NCBI GenBank assembly: GCA_025056115.1
Contig: JANWVM010000001.1
Location: 11,643 to 75,642 of the forward strand
Source: Gloeomargarita sp. SKYG116
GTDB taxonomy: Bacteria; Cyanobacteriota; Cyanobacteriia; Gloeomargaritales; Gloeomargaritaceae
Length of the DNA: 64,000 nucleotides
Reading direction: 5' to 3'
Positions 45,459 to 55,744 of this stretch are shown here, in pieces; positions within the stretch are counted from its first letter, which is position 1, and the number at the start of each line of letters is the position of its first letter. The position numbers and the translations under genes were made by a program. The notes beneath the pieces were generated by a model, which worked only from the letters and a program-made list of their open reading frames with translations, searched no databases and had not been told where the DNA came from.

Positions 45459-48188
45459 TTATTCCTGCGCTCGCCAGATGAGGACTTGGTTATCACCGCC
45501 GCCGGAGACTAGCAACCGTCCGTCGGGTGTGGTCGCAATCGTTCTAACGGCTTCCTGATGGCCGGTCAAGGTCACGACCGTGGCGCCATTGGCCGGGTTC
45601 CACACGGTAATGGCTGGGTCGCCTACAGTGCCGGTCGCCGTCACCAGCCAGGCCTGATCCGGGCTGAACAGCAGGTCATATACAATCCCTGGCGCTCTCA
45701 GGGTGCGTAGCCAGCGTCCCTGGGCCACATCCCACAGCACGACCCGGCCATCCACCCCACTGCCGCCAGCCAGTACCTGCCCATCGCCACGAAACGCAAG
45801 CGACCAGACGCCTTGGCGCCATTCGGGACGTGTTAATGTGTAGCGACGCTGGCGCTGGGGGATGTTCCAGACCTCCACGACCGATTGACTTTGGCTGCCA
45901 GCGGCTAGTAAGGTACCATCGGGACTGACCGCCAAGGCATCAATCTTGCCCAGTTCTGGCAAGTTTTGGGTAAAAGTGGGCCTGGTTTTTGGGAGTTGTA
46001 AATCCCACAGATAAATCGTGCCGTTAGCATCGCCGACCGCTAAGAACTGGCCGGTGGGGTTCGTTGCCATGGCCGTCACCACACCTTTGGGGGGGGTGAG
46101 GGGTGCTAACCGGCGACCAGAACTAACTGCCCACAACTCTAACCCACTGCGGTCATAACTGACCAACTGTTTCCCCTGCCGCACAAAGGCTAGACCCATG
46201 ACTGGAATCCCTGGCGGTCGCAAGCGGCGTTCCGGCTGGTCACCCGGCAATTGCCAGAGACTGATACTGCCATCGTCGCTACCGACTGCGAGATACCTGC
46301 CTTGGGGATCAATCGCCAGGGCGTTGACCTGTCCCGGCGCCTTGAGGATGACCGGTGTGCTGGCAAAAGGCGGTGGGGTTGGTGTGACCGCCTGGGATGG
46401 TGGGTTGGGAGCAGGGTGGCGTTCGTACCACCATAGCCCAGCCCCAGCTGTTACGGTCAACAGGCCCCCTAACAGACCCAACCACCACCAGGAGGGGCGA
46501 GAGGTCGCAAGCTGCAGGGGCTTCTTGACGGGTACGCATCTTGGGCGTCCTTGAGTGACCGGTTCAACGGGCGGTATGGCTGCTACTGAGGGTTGCACAA
46601 GCTGAGGTTCTGGCGTGCTCTCCTGCACTCGCTCACCATCAGCGGGAGCTGCAACGACTTGGTAGTGCAGTAGGACGACCGTTACATTGTCATGACCATT
46701 ACGCCGGTTGGCTAATTCAATCAATCGTCGGGTAGCCGTTGCCAAATCTCGTTCTCCGGTTAAGACGGGTAAAAGTTCTTGCCGCCAGTACTGATCGACC
46801 AGGTTGTTGTCACTCAGACCGTCAGAACACAACAGCAATAGACTGTCCTCATCGAGTAGCAACCGTTGGAGGGTTGGGTGGAGTACGTTCGACGCGCTAA
46901 TCCCCAAGGCTTGCACCAGTGCACCAGCTGCGGGTTGGTGAATGGCTTGCGGGTAGAGGCTGTAGCCCAGCCGCACTTCTCGCGAGGCCACATCATCGTC
47001 AGTGGTGAGCTGGTAACAGCCTCGGCGAGTGATCCAATAGGCGCGACTATCCCCCACGTTCACAATGAAGAGTTCATAACCTCGAGCCAGCGCCAGGGTC
47101 AGGGTTGTTCCCATGCGCTGCCGTTCCTGCCGCTGCTGCTGGTTATTGAGATGGGTGAGGCGGTCATTGGCGTGTAAAACGGCAGCGACCAATTCCTCCA
47201 GGATGTTTTTGGTGGCCAGTCGCATCAAAACCTGGGGTTTGAGATATTGGCTGACAGCTTCGATGGCCAATTGGGCTGCCACATCACCTCCCTCGTGCCC
47301 GCCAATGCCGTCACAAACAATGCCCAACGGTAAGGTATCGGTGTGGGGTTGGTAGGACACCGGATAGCAGGCATCCTCATTGCGACGGCGGGTGGGTCCA
47401 GGATCAGTCTGCGCCAGCACCCTCACCCGACTATGCCACTCGTCCCGAAACTGGGCTAGGGTTTGCTCGATGCGCTGTAGCCAATCCTCGGCGCTGGTGA
47501 TCTGCTGCTGGATCATGGCTTCACACCACTGGGCCAAGGGTTCCCGCACGCCGGGTTTAGCGCTAGGCACCAGCCGCTGGAGCAATTGCCCCAAATGAGC
47601 CAATGTCACCCGTCCCTTATCCACCACCAATTCGCGTAACCGCAGGACTGGCCCCTCCACTCGCAGGAGTTGAGGTTTTAGCAAACTGCTGGCGACCTGC
47701 TGGTAACCCAGAACCGGCCACAACCGGGCGATTTGCCACAGCCAATTCAATTGCCGAAATGCTGGCGCTGCCGTCCATGCCATTCCAAAGGATTGGGCCT
47801 GGGGGCGAGGAGACACTTTTTCCCCATATTCCTTAGCCAATAACGGAGCTTGGGACAGGAGCAACCGCAATTGCTCCCCCACCGGTATCACCGCATACAC
47901 CTGAGGCAGATGCAACCGCCACGGAAACAAACGCAGGTAGGGTTGGGCTTCCAGGGGCACGCTATCCACACTCAGCGGCGGTCGCCCCGGTTGTAAATCC
48001 AATAGGACATTCCCTCCCTGCCAGGAATAGCGCTCCTGGTAGGGACGTTCCCAATTCGTTACCGGCAATGGTTCCCCTGGCACCCACAGAAAAATTGTCT
48101 CCAGTGGTGCGCCACAGACCTGACAGAACTCTTCAGTTGCTGGATTCAGGCTATAGCAACTGGGGTTGGAACATTCAATATTATCCAT
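45459..48188 (-). CDS. multidomain protein: Zn-ribbon, unknown ~230-aa region, PP2C phosphatase, TM helix, WD40 beta-propeller
   Basis: 909 aa. CSNPSCYSLN...CQVCGAPL; PP2C motifs RRRNEDACY, VCDGIGGHEGGD, VNVGDSRAY, LCSDGLSD and NGHDNVTVVLL; TM helix WWWLGLLGGLLTVTAGAGLWWY; repeated WD ends (SISLWQL, IYLWDL, VEVWNI, VVLWDV, ITVWNP, VLIWR). Confidence 0.85.
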   Translation of the reverse strand: MDNIECSNPSCYSLNPATEEFCQVCGAPLETIFLWVPGEPLPVTNWERPYQERYSWQGGNVLLDLQPGRPPLSVDSVPLEAQPYLRLFPWRLHLPQVYAVIPVGEQLRLLLSQAPLLAKEYGEKVSPRPQAQSFGMAWTAAPAFRQLNWLWQIARLWPVLGYQQVASSLLKPQLLRVEGPVLRLRELVVDKGRVTLAHLGQLLQRLVPSAKPGVREPLAQWCEAMIQQQITSAEDWLQRIEQTLAQFRDEWHSRVRVLAQTDPGPTRRRNEDACYPVSYQPHTDTLPLGIVCDGIGGHEGGDVAAQLAIEAVSQYLKPQVLMRLATKNILEELVAAVLHANDRLTHLNNQQQRQERQRMGTTLTLALARGYELFIVNVGDSRAYWITRRGCYQLTTDDDVASREVRLGYSLYPQAIHQPAAGALVQALGISASNVLHPTLQRLLLDEDSLLLLCSDGLSDNNLVDQYWRQELLPVLTGERDLATATRRLIELANRRNGHDNVTVVLLHYQVVAAPADGERVQESTPEPQLVQPSVAAIPPVEPVTQGRPRCVPVKKPLQLATSRPSWWWLGLLGGLLTVTAGAGLWWYERHPAPNPPSQAVTPTPPPFASTPVILKAPGQVNALAIDPQGRYLAVGSDDGSISLWQLPGDQPERRLRPPGIPVMGLAFVRQGKQLVSYDRSGLELWAVSSGRRLAPLTPPKGVVTAMATNPTGQFLAVGDANGTIYLWDLQLPKTRPTFTQNLPELGKIDALAVSPDGTLLAAGSQSQSVVEVWNIPQRQRRYTLTRPEWRQGVWSLAFRGDGQVLAGGSGVDGRVVLWDVAQGRWLRTLRAPGIVYDLLFSPDQAWLVTATGTVGDPAITVWNPANGATVVTLTGHQEAVRTIATTPDGRLLVSGGGDNQVLIWRAQE

Positions 48189-48232
48189 CCATCTCGCCGG
48201 GGGGTGACGCCAGCCTGTCTACCGATCTTAGC

Positions 48233-49465
48233 CTATGCATCCTCAAGCGCCGCAATCCCCGGCAGCAGTTTGCCTTCTAGCAGCTCGAGACTGGCCCCGC
48301 CGCCCGTGGAAATGTGACTCATGCGGTCAGCTAGCCCCGCCTGTTCCACAGCGGCCACCGAATCCCCCCCACCAATAATCGTCGTGCAGCCCTGGGCTGT
48401 CAAGTCCGCGAGAATTTGGGCCACTGCCCGCGTCCCGGCGGCAAACCGCTCAAACTCAAACACCCCCATTGGCCCGTTCCACACCACTGTCTGACACCCC
48501 TGCAACGCCTGACGGATTTGTTCCACCGACGCTGGCCCAATGTCTAACCCCATCCACTCGTCGGGGATCGCTGTCACCGGCACGGTTTGGGCCTGGGCAT
48601 CCGGGGCAAACTTGTCGGCGACCACCACGTCTGTCGGCAACAGCAATTGGATACCCCGGGCCTGGGCCTTGGCCATCAGGTTTTTCGCCAGCTCCACCTT
48701 GTCCGTTTCTACCAGAGATTTGCCAACGCGCAACCCCTGGGCCAAGTAGAAGGTAAAAATCATGCCGCCGCCGAGAATCAGGCGGTCCACTTTTTCCAGC
48801 AACGTTTCAATGACCCCAATCTTACTGGAAACCTTCGACCCACCGATGATGGCCGCTAAGGGCCGCCGGGGATTTTCAATCGCCCCCTGTAGGTACTGCA
48901 ACTCCTTCTCGATCAGAAATCCTGCTACGGCGGGCTTCAAATAGTGGGCAACCCCTTCGGTGGAGGCGTGGGCGCGGTGGGCCGTCCCAAAGGCGTCATT
49001 CACGTACAGGTCGGCCAAGGCGGCTAATTTCTGGGCAAAAGCAGGGTCGTTGGCCTCCTCTTCGGCGTAGAAACGCACATTTTCCAGGAGCGCCACTTGC
49101 CCATTTTGTAGGTTTTGCACCACCCGCTGGGCCGCTTCACCAATACAATCGGGGGCAAATTGGACGTCTGTACCTAGCAACTCAGCTAAACGGGTGGCGA
49201 CAGGGGCTAGACTGTTGCCCTCCTTGACCAGTTTCACCTCGCCCGTGTTTTTGTCCTTTTGAAACGGCCGTCCCAGGTGACTGCACAGGATGACCTTAGC
49301 CCCCCGTTCCCGTAGGTATTGGATGGTAGGCAGCGCTGCCCGAATCCGTGTATCGTCGGTAATCCGCTGTTCTTTATCCAGGGGCACGTTAAAGTCCACC
49401 CGCACCAAAACCCGCTTGCCCGCCAGGTCAGCCTCGGTCAAACTGGCCACTGTTTTCTTCGCCAC
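48233..49465 (-). CDS. pgk: phosphoglycerate kinase
   Basis: [10 protein letters not shown]..., and a full-length Pgk pattern. I chose the GTG at 49465, preceded by GGAGGG, giving VAKKTVASL.... The track start at 49525 would add 20 non-conserved residues. Confidence 0.9.
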   Translation of the reverse strand: MAKKTVASLTEADLAGKRVLVRVDFNVPLDKEQRITDDTRIRAALPTIQYLRERGAKVILCSHLGRPFQKDKNTGEVKLVKEGNSLAPVATRLAELLGTDVQFAPDCIGEAAQRVVQNLQNGQVALLENVRFYAEEEANDPAFAQKLAALADLYVNDAFGTAHRAHASTEGVAHYLKPAVAGFLIEKELQYLQGAIENPRRPLAAIIGGSKVSSKIGVIETLLEKVDRLILGGGMIFTFYLAQGLRVGKSLVETDKVELAKNLMAKAQARGIQLLLPTDVVVADKFAPDAQAQTVPVTAIPDEWMGLDIGPASVEQIRQALQGCQTVVWNGPMGVFEFERFAAGTRAVAQILADLTAQGCTTIIGGGDSVAAVEQAGLADRMSHISTGGGASLELLEGKLLPGIAALEDA

Positions 49466-49523
49466 AGCATCCCTCCACCCAAATCTGGAATAATTGTACT
49501 GGTGAATAGAACGCCTTTCGCCC

Positions 49524-49892
49524 ATGTTTCACAAAGTTCTGTTGGCGTTGGACCGCAACCGGGAACCCTTGGAGCCAGGTCTGAAACTAGTGACGTTTTG
49601 CGACGCTGAATTGACCTTATTGGCAGTCGCCGCAACCGATGCCGAGGTAACTGACACGGAGAACTGGTTGCGGGAGGTTGAAGCGAGTGTGCAGAACAGG
49701 GGCATTAAGGTTCATAGCTTGGTGCGGGTTGGGCAACCGGCATTTGTCATTTGCGATGTGGCTGACGAGCTGAACGCGGATTTGATCATCATGGGCTGCC
49801 GGGGCACGGGTTTGACGGAGGAAGGCATGGCAGAAAGCGTGAGCATCCGGGTGATCAATCTCGCGCCCTGTCCGGTGCTGGTCATCCCTTGA
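49524..49892 (+). CDS. universal stress protein (UspA family)
   Basis: 122 aa. ...[13 protein letters not shown]...[17 protein letters not shown]. Confidence 0.75.
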   Translation: MFHKVLLALDRNREPLEPGLKLVTFCDAELTLLAVAATDAEVTDTENWLREVEASVQNRGIKVHSLVRVGQPAFVICDVADELNADLIIMGCRGTGLTEEGMAESVSIRVINLAPCPVLVIP

Positions 49893-50739
49893 CGGTCCCC
49901 GCCTGCGCCAGCCAGTTCAACCCCAGTACAACGGCAATCAACACCAAGGCGGCGGCCCAGGCCAATTCCTGCTGGTTGGCAAAGGGCGATAGCGCAAAGG
50001 TGTAAATCAGTACCGGCAAGGACGCTACCGGTTGCGTCAGCAGGGCTTCGGGGCCTAATTCTCGCAGGGGCAAATAATGCCGGGAAAACAAAGCTGTGAA
50101 CAGCAGGGGAGCCGTTTCGCCCGCCGCCCGCGCCAGGGCCAGCGTTAAACCGGTGCGCAATCCCGGCCACGCCTGGGGCAAGAGAATGCGAGTCACCATT
50201 TGCCAGCGGGTCGCTCCCAACGCCCAGGCCGCCTGGCGCATCTCTTGGGGCACCGCCGCGAGAGCCAACCGCGTTGTGGTCGTGAGAATCGGCAGCATGA
50301 TCAGGGCAAGGGCTAACGCGCCTGCCAGCGCCGAGAACCGCCGGGTATGGACAATCACCACGCCAAACACAAACACCCCCACCAGAATGGACGGCAATCC
50401 CGCTAGCACCTCCAGTCCCAGGTTCAGCCCGCTTGCCAACCACGGCCAGGGACAAAACTCGCTTAGATACACCGCCGCTAGCACCGACACCGGCAGCGCC
50501 ATCAGCGTCGCCAGGGTTAACAACACCGCACTACCCACCAAGGCTGGTCCGAGTCCTCCTGTAGCATCTAAAGGCGCCGGTGGTAACGCCGTCAACACCG
50601 TCCAGCCGCCCCGGAGCCATTGCGCCATGCCGCGATAACTCACATAACCCAAAATGGCACCTAGCACCCCCAGCACTATCACCAGCGCCAAGGTTACTAG
50701 GGTGGATAGGAGCCAATCCCGCAGCCGTCGCAGCATCAT
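49882..50739 (-). CDS. pstA: PstA-type phosphate ABC transporter permease (orphan)
   Basis: 285 aa. ...QEMRQAAWALGATRWQMVTRILLPQAWPGLRTGLTLALARAAGETAPLLFTA... is the PstA-type EAA loop and GETAPLL motif. No pstC or pstB is in the window. Confidence 0.7.
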   Translation of the reverse strand: MMLRRLRDWLLSTLVTLALVIVLGVLGAILGYVSYRGMAQWLRGGWTVLTALPPAPLDATGGLGPALVGSAVLLTLATLMALPVSVLAAVYLSEFCPWPWLASGLNLGLEVLAGLPSILVGVFVFGVVIVHTRRFSALAGALALALIMLPILTTTTRLALAAVPQEMRQAAWALGATRWQMVTRILLPQAWPGLRTGLTLALARAAGETAPLLFTALFSRHYLPLRELGPEALLTQPVASLPVLIYTFALSPFANQQELAWAAALVLIAVVLGLNWLAQAGTVKG

Positions 50740-52220
50740 GGCTCACCGCGCAAGAGTCGACCCACCGCCTGCAACTGAAGCCTGCGAAATCCACCGGCGT
50801 CAATCAGTGCCACCTCGGGCGGCACCAGTTGGCTATCCCAGGGCGAACCTACGAGCACCACTACCAAAGGTTGCGCCAATGCGACCAAATCCCCAAGCAC
50901 TTGCCGCTGTCCCAGATACCGCTGAGCATGGTACAGCAGTAAAACATGGGTCGTTTCTGGGGATGACGCGGGTAACGGTGTGGGTTCGGTCAAGGCGGTG
51001 GTGATCACCTGGGCGTCGGGCACCTGTAGCAGCGCGGCCATCTGGCAGGCATCAAACCAGCAGGGTTCAAACAGCACCCAATCCGCCACCGGTTTCACAT
51101 CGGGTACGTACAACCGCACCGGCCTTGAAATGGGCAACCACCCTCTGGGGTCACGCACCACGCGCACTGCCGCTTGGGAAATGGCTGCCGCTAAGGCTGT
51201 CGCAGGTTCCGGGATTCGGCCTGTTAACACCTGAGCCACGTCCGCTTGGGCAACCAACGACTCAATGCGCGACAAGGCGACGTCATGGTCAGGCAAGCTC
51301 CCCTGTTGTGCCGCCGCCGTTAAGACCTCTATCACCTCTACCATCAGCGCTGGGCTGGCTTGGCCAATGATGGCAATGTCATGTCCCGCCTGCAGGGTTT
51401 GCAGCACCATTTCCGGCAACGTCCCCTGCCACCGCAACGCTCCCATGCCTAAGTCATCGCTGACGCAAAGGCCGCGAAACCCCAGCGTATGACGGAGATA
51501 AGTCTGAATGGTGGGTGCTGAAAAGGTGGTGATGGTTTCCGCATCGAGCGCCGGCGCTTTCAGATGGGTAGTCATCACCGCCGGTATCCCAGCTTGAATC
51601 AGCGCCTGAAACGGTTGCCAGTGCCGTTGCCATTCCTGGAGCGATATATCCACGCGGGGCAACCCATCATGGGGGTCCACCGTCGCCGCACCGAGACCAG
51701 GAAAATGCTTGGCACACCCCCAAATGCCCGCGCGTTGCCATCCCCGCCACAGGGCGACGCCCAACCGTGCCACCCGTTCGGGGTCGGAACCAAACGACCG
51801 CCACCCCAGCCCTGGATTGGGTTGAGCGCCCATCACGTCCACCACTGGCGCCAAGTTCCAGCCAATCCCCAGCGCCCGCAATTCCCGCCCGATTTGCTCA
51901 CCCATGTGTTCCGCCCACTGTTCCGCTTGGGCCAAGTCCTGTTCCGCCACCCGCCCCAGCGCATAATTCCCCGGCCAAACCGTGCTGTTGTCCAGATAAC
52001 GCACCACCTGGCCACCCTCGTGGTCAATCGCCACCACCAGCGGTCGTCCCAGTTTCTCTCGCAATTCCTGCAACTGCTGGGGTAACTGCTCTGGCTGGGC
52101 CAACTGCGACCGAAACAACAGCAGTCCCATCGCGCCGGTTGTTTGCAGCAGATGGAATGCCGCTTCCCCAATCGGTCCCGGCGGCGCCCCCACCAACAAT
52201 CGCCGTCCAACTTCAGCCAT
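50736..52220 (-). CDS. glycoside hydrolase family 3 protein (NagZ-like N-terminal domain plus a ~150-aa C-terminal extension)
   Basis: 494 aa. AIDHEGGQVVRY, KHFPGLG and VSDDLGMGAL. Confidence 0.8.
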   Translation of the reverse strand: MAEVGRRLLVGAPPGPIGEAAFHLLQTTGAMGLLLFRSQLAQPEQLPQQLQELREKLGRPLVVAIDHEGGQVVRYLDNSTVWPGNYALGRVAEQDLAQAEQWAEHMGEQIGRELRALGIGWNLAPVVDVMGAQPNPGLGWRSFGSDPERVARLGVALWRGWQRAGIWGCAKHFPGLGAATVDPHDGLPRVDISLQEWQRHWQPFQALIQAGIPAVMTTHLKAPALDAETITTFSAPTIQTYLRHTLGFRGLCVSDDLGMGALRWQGTLPEMVLQTLQAGHDIAIIGQASPALMVEVIEVLTAAAQQGSLPDHDVALSRIESLVAQADVAQVLTGRIPEPATALAAAISQAAVRVVRDPRGWLPISRPVRLYVPDVKPVADWVLFEPCWFDACQMAALLQVPDAQVITTALTEPTPLPASSPETTHVLLLYHAQRYLGQRQVLGDLVALAQPLVVVLVGSPWDSQLVPPEVALIDAGGFRRLQLQAVGRLLRGEP

Positions 52221-52614
52221 GCTGCTGGCAATAGCGTTCGACCAGGATCATGGCCGCCACGTCATCCACCGGGCCAGGCAAGGGCCGCAGCCGCCGGGGC
52301 AACAGTTGTCGCCATCCCCGCGCCGGATAGACCTCCCAGTACCGTTGTTGGGCTTCCAGGGTACTAAACCGCTCATCCACCAAGGCAACCATCACGCCGG
52401 GGAGCCATTCCTGGAGCCGTTGTCGCCAGGGTTGCGCCGTCGTTTGATTGCCCATTACCACCACTTCAGGCTGGTACTGATGGTACAAGCGCCGGAGCAA
52501 GGCCAGGGTGTCCGCCGCCGGCACCACTTGATGGAACAGCCATTCCCCTTGGGCTGAGCGCACCGCCACGCCACATTTATCGCGTCCAGGGTCAAACCCC
52601 AAAATCACCGGCAT
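52213..52614 (-). CDS. YqgF/RuvX-family RNase H-fold nuclease
   Basis: 133 aa. ILGFDPGRDKCGVAV, VVVMGN, VDERFSTLEAQ and VDDVAAMILVERY parallel the E. coli YqgF motifs. Confidence 0.6.
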   Translation of the reverse strand: MPVILGFDPGRDKCGVAVRSAQGEWLFHQVVPAADTLALLRRLYHQYQPEVVVMGNQTTAQPWRQRLQEWLPGVMVALVDERFSTLEAQQRYWEVYPARGWRQLLPRRLRPLPGPVDDVAAMILVERYCQQHG

Positions 52615-53918
52615 CAGCGAGGCAATTCACTCAGGACTTCGCGGGCTGCTGCCAAGGTGGCATCAATGTCGGCCTCCGTGTGGGCCAGGCTGGTGAATCC
52701 CGCCTCAAATTGGGATGGGGCTAGATACACCCCCCGCTCCAGCATTCCCCGGTGGAACCGGCTGAATTTCTGCAAATCCGACGTTTTCGCCTGCGCGTAG
52801 TTTTTGACCGGGCCGCGGGTGAAGAAGAAGCCAAACATGCCCCCCAAGCTGCCGCTGCACATCGGATGGCCCAACTCATCGGCAATCGCCTGCAACCCCT
52901 GCACCAAGCGGGTCGTGATGTGCTCCAACTGCTCATAGACCCCTGGCCGTTGCAGGAGTTCGAGCGTCTTAATCCCCGCCGTCATCGCCATGGGATTCCC
53001 CGAAAGCGTTCCCGCCTGGTACATGGGACCCGCCGGCGCCACCATCTGCATAATGTCTTTCCGACCGCCGTAGGCCCCCACCGGTAACCCACCGCCAATG
53101 ATTTTCCCCAGGGTCGTCAAATCCGGTTTGATGCCAAAGTATTCCTGCGCGCCCCCGTAGCGAATCCGAAACCCGGTCATCACCTCGTCAAACACCAACA
53201 GGGCGCCTTCCCGTTCCGTTAGCTCCCGCAGGCCCACCAGGAACTCCCGCTCCGGCAGGATAAAACCAGCATTGCCCACCACCGGTTCCAGCACTACCGC
53301 CGCAATTTCCCCCGGATACTGGGCAAACAGAGCCTTGACAGCATCCAGGTCGTTATAGGGAGCGGTCAAGGTTGCCGCTGTGACCGACTTGGGTACCCCC
53401 GGCGAATCCGGCAACCCTAACGTAGCCACCCCCGACCCAGCCTTGACCAAAAACATATCCGCATGGCCGTGGTAGCAACCTTCAAACTTGATGATTTTCT
53501 CCCGCCCGGTAAACGCCCGCGCCAGCCGTAGTGCCCCCATGCAAGCTTCCGTCCCCGAGTTCACAAAGCGCACCATTTCGATGCTGGGTACCGCCGCAAT
53601 CACCATCTCCGCCAGGATGTTTTCCTGACGACTGGGTGCGCCAAAACTGGTGCCTTTCCAGGCAGCGTCGCAAATGGCTTGGATCACTTCGGGATGGGCG
53701 TGCCCACAAATGGCTGGCCCCCAGGTGCCCACGTAGTCAATGTACTGGTTGCCATCCACGTCCCAGATGTAGGCCCCCTGCACCCGGTCAAACACGATGG
53801 GCTGGCCCCCTACTGACTTGAACGCCCGCACGGGCGAACTCACTCCCCCCGGCATTAACTCTTGGGCGCGGGCAAAGATGCGCTGGGATTCCGTGGTATT
53901 CCAAGCTGTGGCAACCAT
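52614..53918 (-). CDS. hemL: glutamate-1-semialdehyde 2,1-aminomutase
   Basis: [12 protein letters not shown], and the PLP-lysine context [18 protein letters not shown] chose the ATG at 53918 (MVATAW...) over the TTG track start at 53945. Confidence 0.95.
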   Translation of the reverse strand: MVATAWNTTESQRIFARAQELMPGGVSSPVRAFKSVGGQPIVFDRVQGAYIWDVDGNQYIDYVGTWGPAICGHAHPEVIQAICDAAWKGTSFGAPSRQENILAEMVIAAVPSIEMVRFVNSGTEACMGALRLARAFTGREKIIKFEGCYHGHADMFLVKAGSGVATLGLPDSPGVPKSVTAATLTAPYNDLDAVKALFAQYPGEIAAVVLEPVVGNAGFILPEREFLVGLRELTEREGALLVFDEVMTGFRIRYGGAQEYFGIKPDLTTLGKIIGGGLPVGAYGGRKDIMQMVAPAGPMYQAGTLSGNPMAMTAGIKTLELLQRPGVYEQLEHITTRLVQGLQAIADELGHPMCSGSLGGMFGFFFTRGPVKNYAQAKTSDLQKFSRFHRGMLERGVYLAPSQFEAGFTSLAHTEADIDATLAAAREVLSELPR

Positions 53919-54207
53919 AGGTTTCGTCTCGTCCTGATTGGCCAAGGTTTTTATCTATTCTACCCCCTAGCGGTTACCCTCGCCGCTTTCCATCGCATTA
54001 CTTTATGGGTTTGAGTCATTTTGATTATCTAATAAAGCCACTTTATTGCTTACCCCAAAAACTGTAAACTCATCAACTCTTCCCAACGATGGAAACGGAC
54101 TTTAGTATGGAAGTTGACAAAATTACTTCTGCCTACTTTCTGTTTACTCTTGTAAACTTCTACCCGTTTTTTCGGCAATTTCGTCTGAGATTGTGGAGGA
54201 GGTGTTT

Positions 54208-55500
54208 GTGTCTAATCAGCGCTTCAATCGTCGGCAATTTTTACTGGGTGCTGGGACGGCTGCGGGGTTAATTTTTCTGAATAAGACGGCCAGCCATGCT
54301 CAGTCAGCAGGTAAACCAGAGACCACGAAAATTCGGTTAGGTTACCTGCCCATTGTGGAATCAGCGCCCCTCATCATCGCCAAGGAAAAGGGTTTTTTTG
54401 CGAAATATGGGATGACAGATGTTGAAGTGATCAAGCAGGCCAACTGGGCGTCGGCGCGGGATAACGTGGTGATTGGCTCAGCCGCCGGTGGGATTGACGG
54501 GGGAATGTGGCAGCTCCCCATGCCCCATCTCATCACGGAGGGAGTGATCACCAACGGGCGCAAAGTACCGATGTACGTGCTGGCGATGTTGATCACTCAG
54601 GGGAATGGCATTGCCGTGTCCAACACCCTGCGGGGCCAAGGGCTGCACCTGCGCATGAAAAACCCCAATGTGATCAAAGAGTTCAGCCGCGCGCGGGGCC
54701 GGCAATTCAAGGTGGCCTACACGTTCCCAGGGGGCAATCAGGAGCTATGGATTCGCTACTGGCTGGCAGCCAACGGGATTGACCCGGATAAGGATGTGGA
54801 CATGGTCACCATTCCACCGGCGGAAACCGTGCAGGGACTGAAAACGGGAACGGTGGATGCCTTTAGCACTGGCGACCCCTGGCCCTATCGGATTGTGGAG
54901 GAAGACGCAGGCTTTCTGGCGGTTTTGACGGCCCAGATGTGGCGGTTTCACCCAGAGGAATACCTGGCGATTCGCGCTGACTGGGTGGATAAACATCCCA
55001 ATGCCACGATTGCGCTACTGCGGGGGTTGTTCGAGGCCCAGCAGTGGTGCGACCAGAAGGCCAACCGCCAGGAAATGGCCAAGTTGCTCTCGGGACGGAA
55101 TTTCTACAACGTGCGGGAGGACATCCTGATTGACCCCTTCCTGGGGCAATACGTGATGGGGGACGGCCAGCGCAATGTGAGCGATTTCACCATGGGTCCC
55201 CTATACTGGCAATGCGCCCGGGGGAGTGTTTCCTATCCCTACCGCAGTTTAGAACTGTGGTTTTTGGTGGAAACAATGCGCTGGGGATTGCACCGCGGGT
55301 TCATCAAAAGCGTGGACCAGGCGCGGGCGCTCGTCAATCGGGTCAACCGGGAAGACCTCTGGCGGCGCGCGGCGCAGGCGTCAGGCATCAAACCACCGGC
55401 AAGCCAGTCGCGGGGCGTGGAAACCTTGTTTGATGGCGTGAAATTTGACCCGGCCAACCCCCAAGCCTACCTGAAACAACTCAAAATCAAGCGGGTTTGA
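54208..55500 (+). CDS. NrtA/CmpA-family nitrate(/bicarbonate) ABC substrate-binding protein, paralog 1 (Tat-type signal, no lipobox Cys)
   Basis: The GTG at 54208 lies 5 nt after [18 protein letters not shown] twin-arginine motif. [28 protein letters not shown].... Confidence 0.85.
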   Translation: MSNQRFNRRQFLLGAGTAAGLIFLNKTASHAQSAGKPETTKIRLGYLPIVESAPLIIAKEKGFFAKYGMTDVEVIKQANWASARDNVVIGSAAGGIDGGMWQLPMPHLITEGVITNGRKVPMYVLAMLITQGNGIAVSNTLRGQGLHLRMKNPNVIKEFSRARGRQFKVAYTFPGGNQELWIRYWLAANGIDPDKDVDMVTIPPAETVQGLKTGTVDAFSTGDPWPYRIVEEDAGFLAVLTAQMWRFHPEEYLAIRADWVDKHPNATIALLRGLFEAQQWCDQKANRQEMAKLLSGRNFYNVREDILIDPFLGQYVMGDGQRNVSDFTMGPLYWQCARGSVSYPYRSLELWFLVETMRWGLHRGFIKSVDQARALVNRVNREDLWRRAAQASGIKPPASQSRGVETLFDGVKFDPANPQAYLKQLKIKRV

Positions 55501-55535
55501 CACCACGCAGGCATTCCCTCCCAACATTCATCCGG

Positions 55536-55564
55536 TCCCAGCGCAGACGACTGGGATTTTTTTT
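55536..55564 (+). terminator. intrinsic terminator after nrtA paralog 1
   Basis: TCCCAG-cgcagacga-CTGGGA followed by TTTTTTTT, 36 nt after the stop codon. Confidence 0.6.
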
Positions 55565-55744
55565 CCTAGATAACCATAACTTATGATTGCCTTTACAAAA
55601 TATCAATTCCCGTACCCTTCCCAAACCTTAAGACATCCTTTAGGATGGGGGCTGTCAAAAGAGATATCCGTCCTTTTGGCTCTTTTTTGCCAATTTGTAT
55701 CCAGTTGTTGGCAATTTCTTCAGAAATTGTTGAGGAGGGTATTT

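Noticed and set aside
54064-54118. NtcA-binding sites upstream of nrtA paralog 1
   Set aside because: Only half-matching sites are present (GTA-N8-AAC at 54064-54077 and GTA-N8-GAC at 54105-54118). They lack a well-placed -10 box. No GTA-N8-TAC occurs before either nrtA copy.
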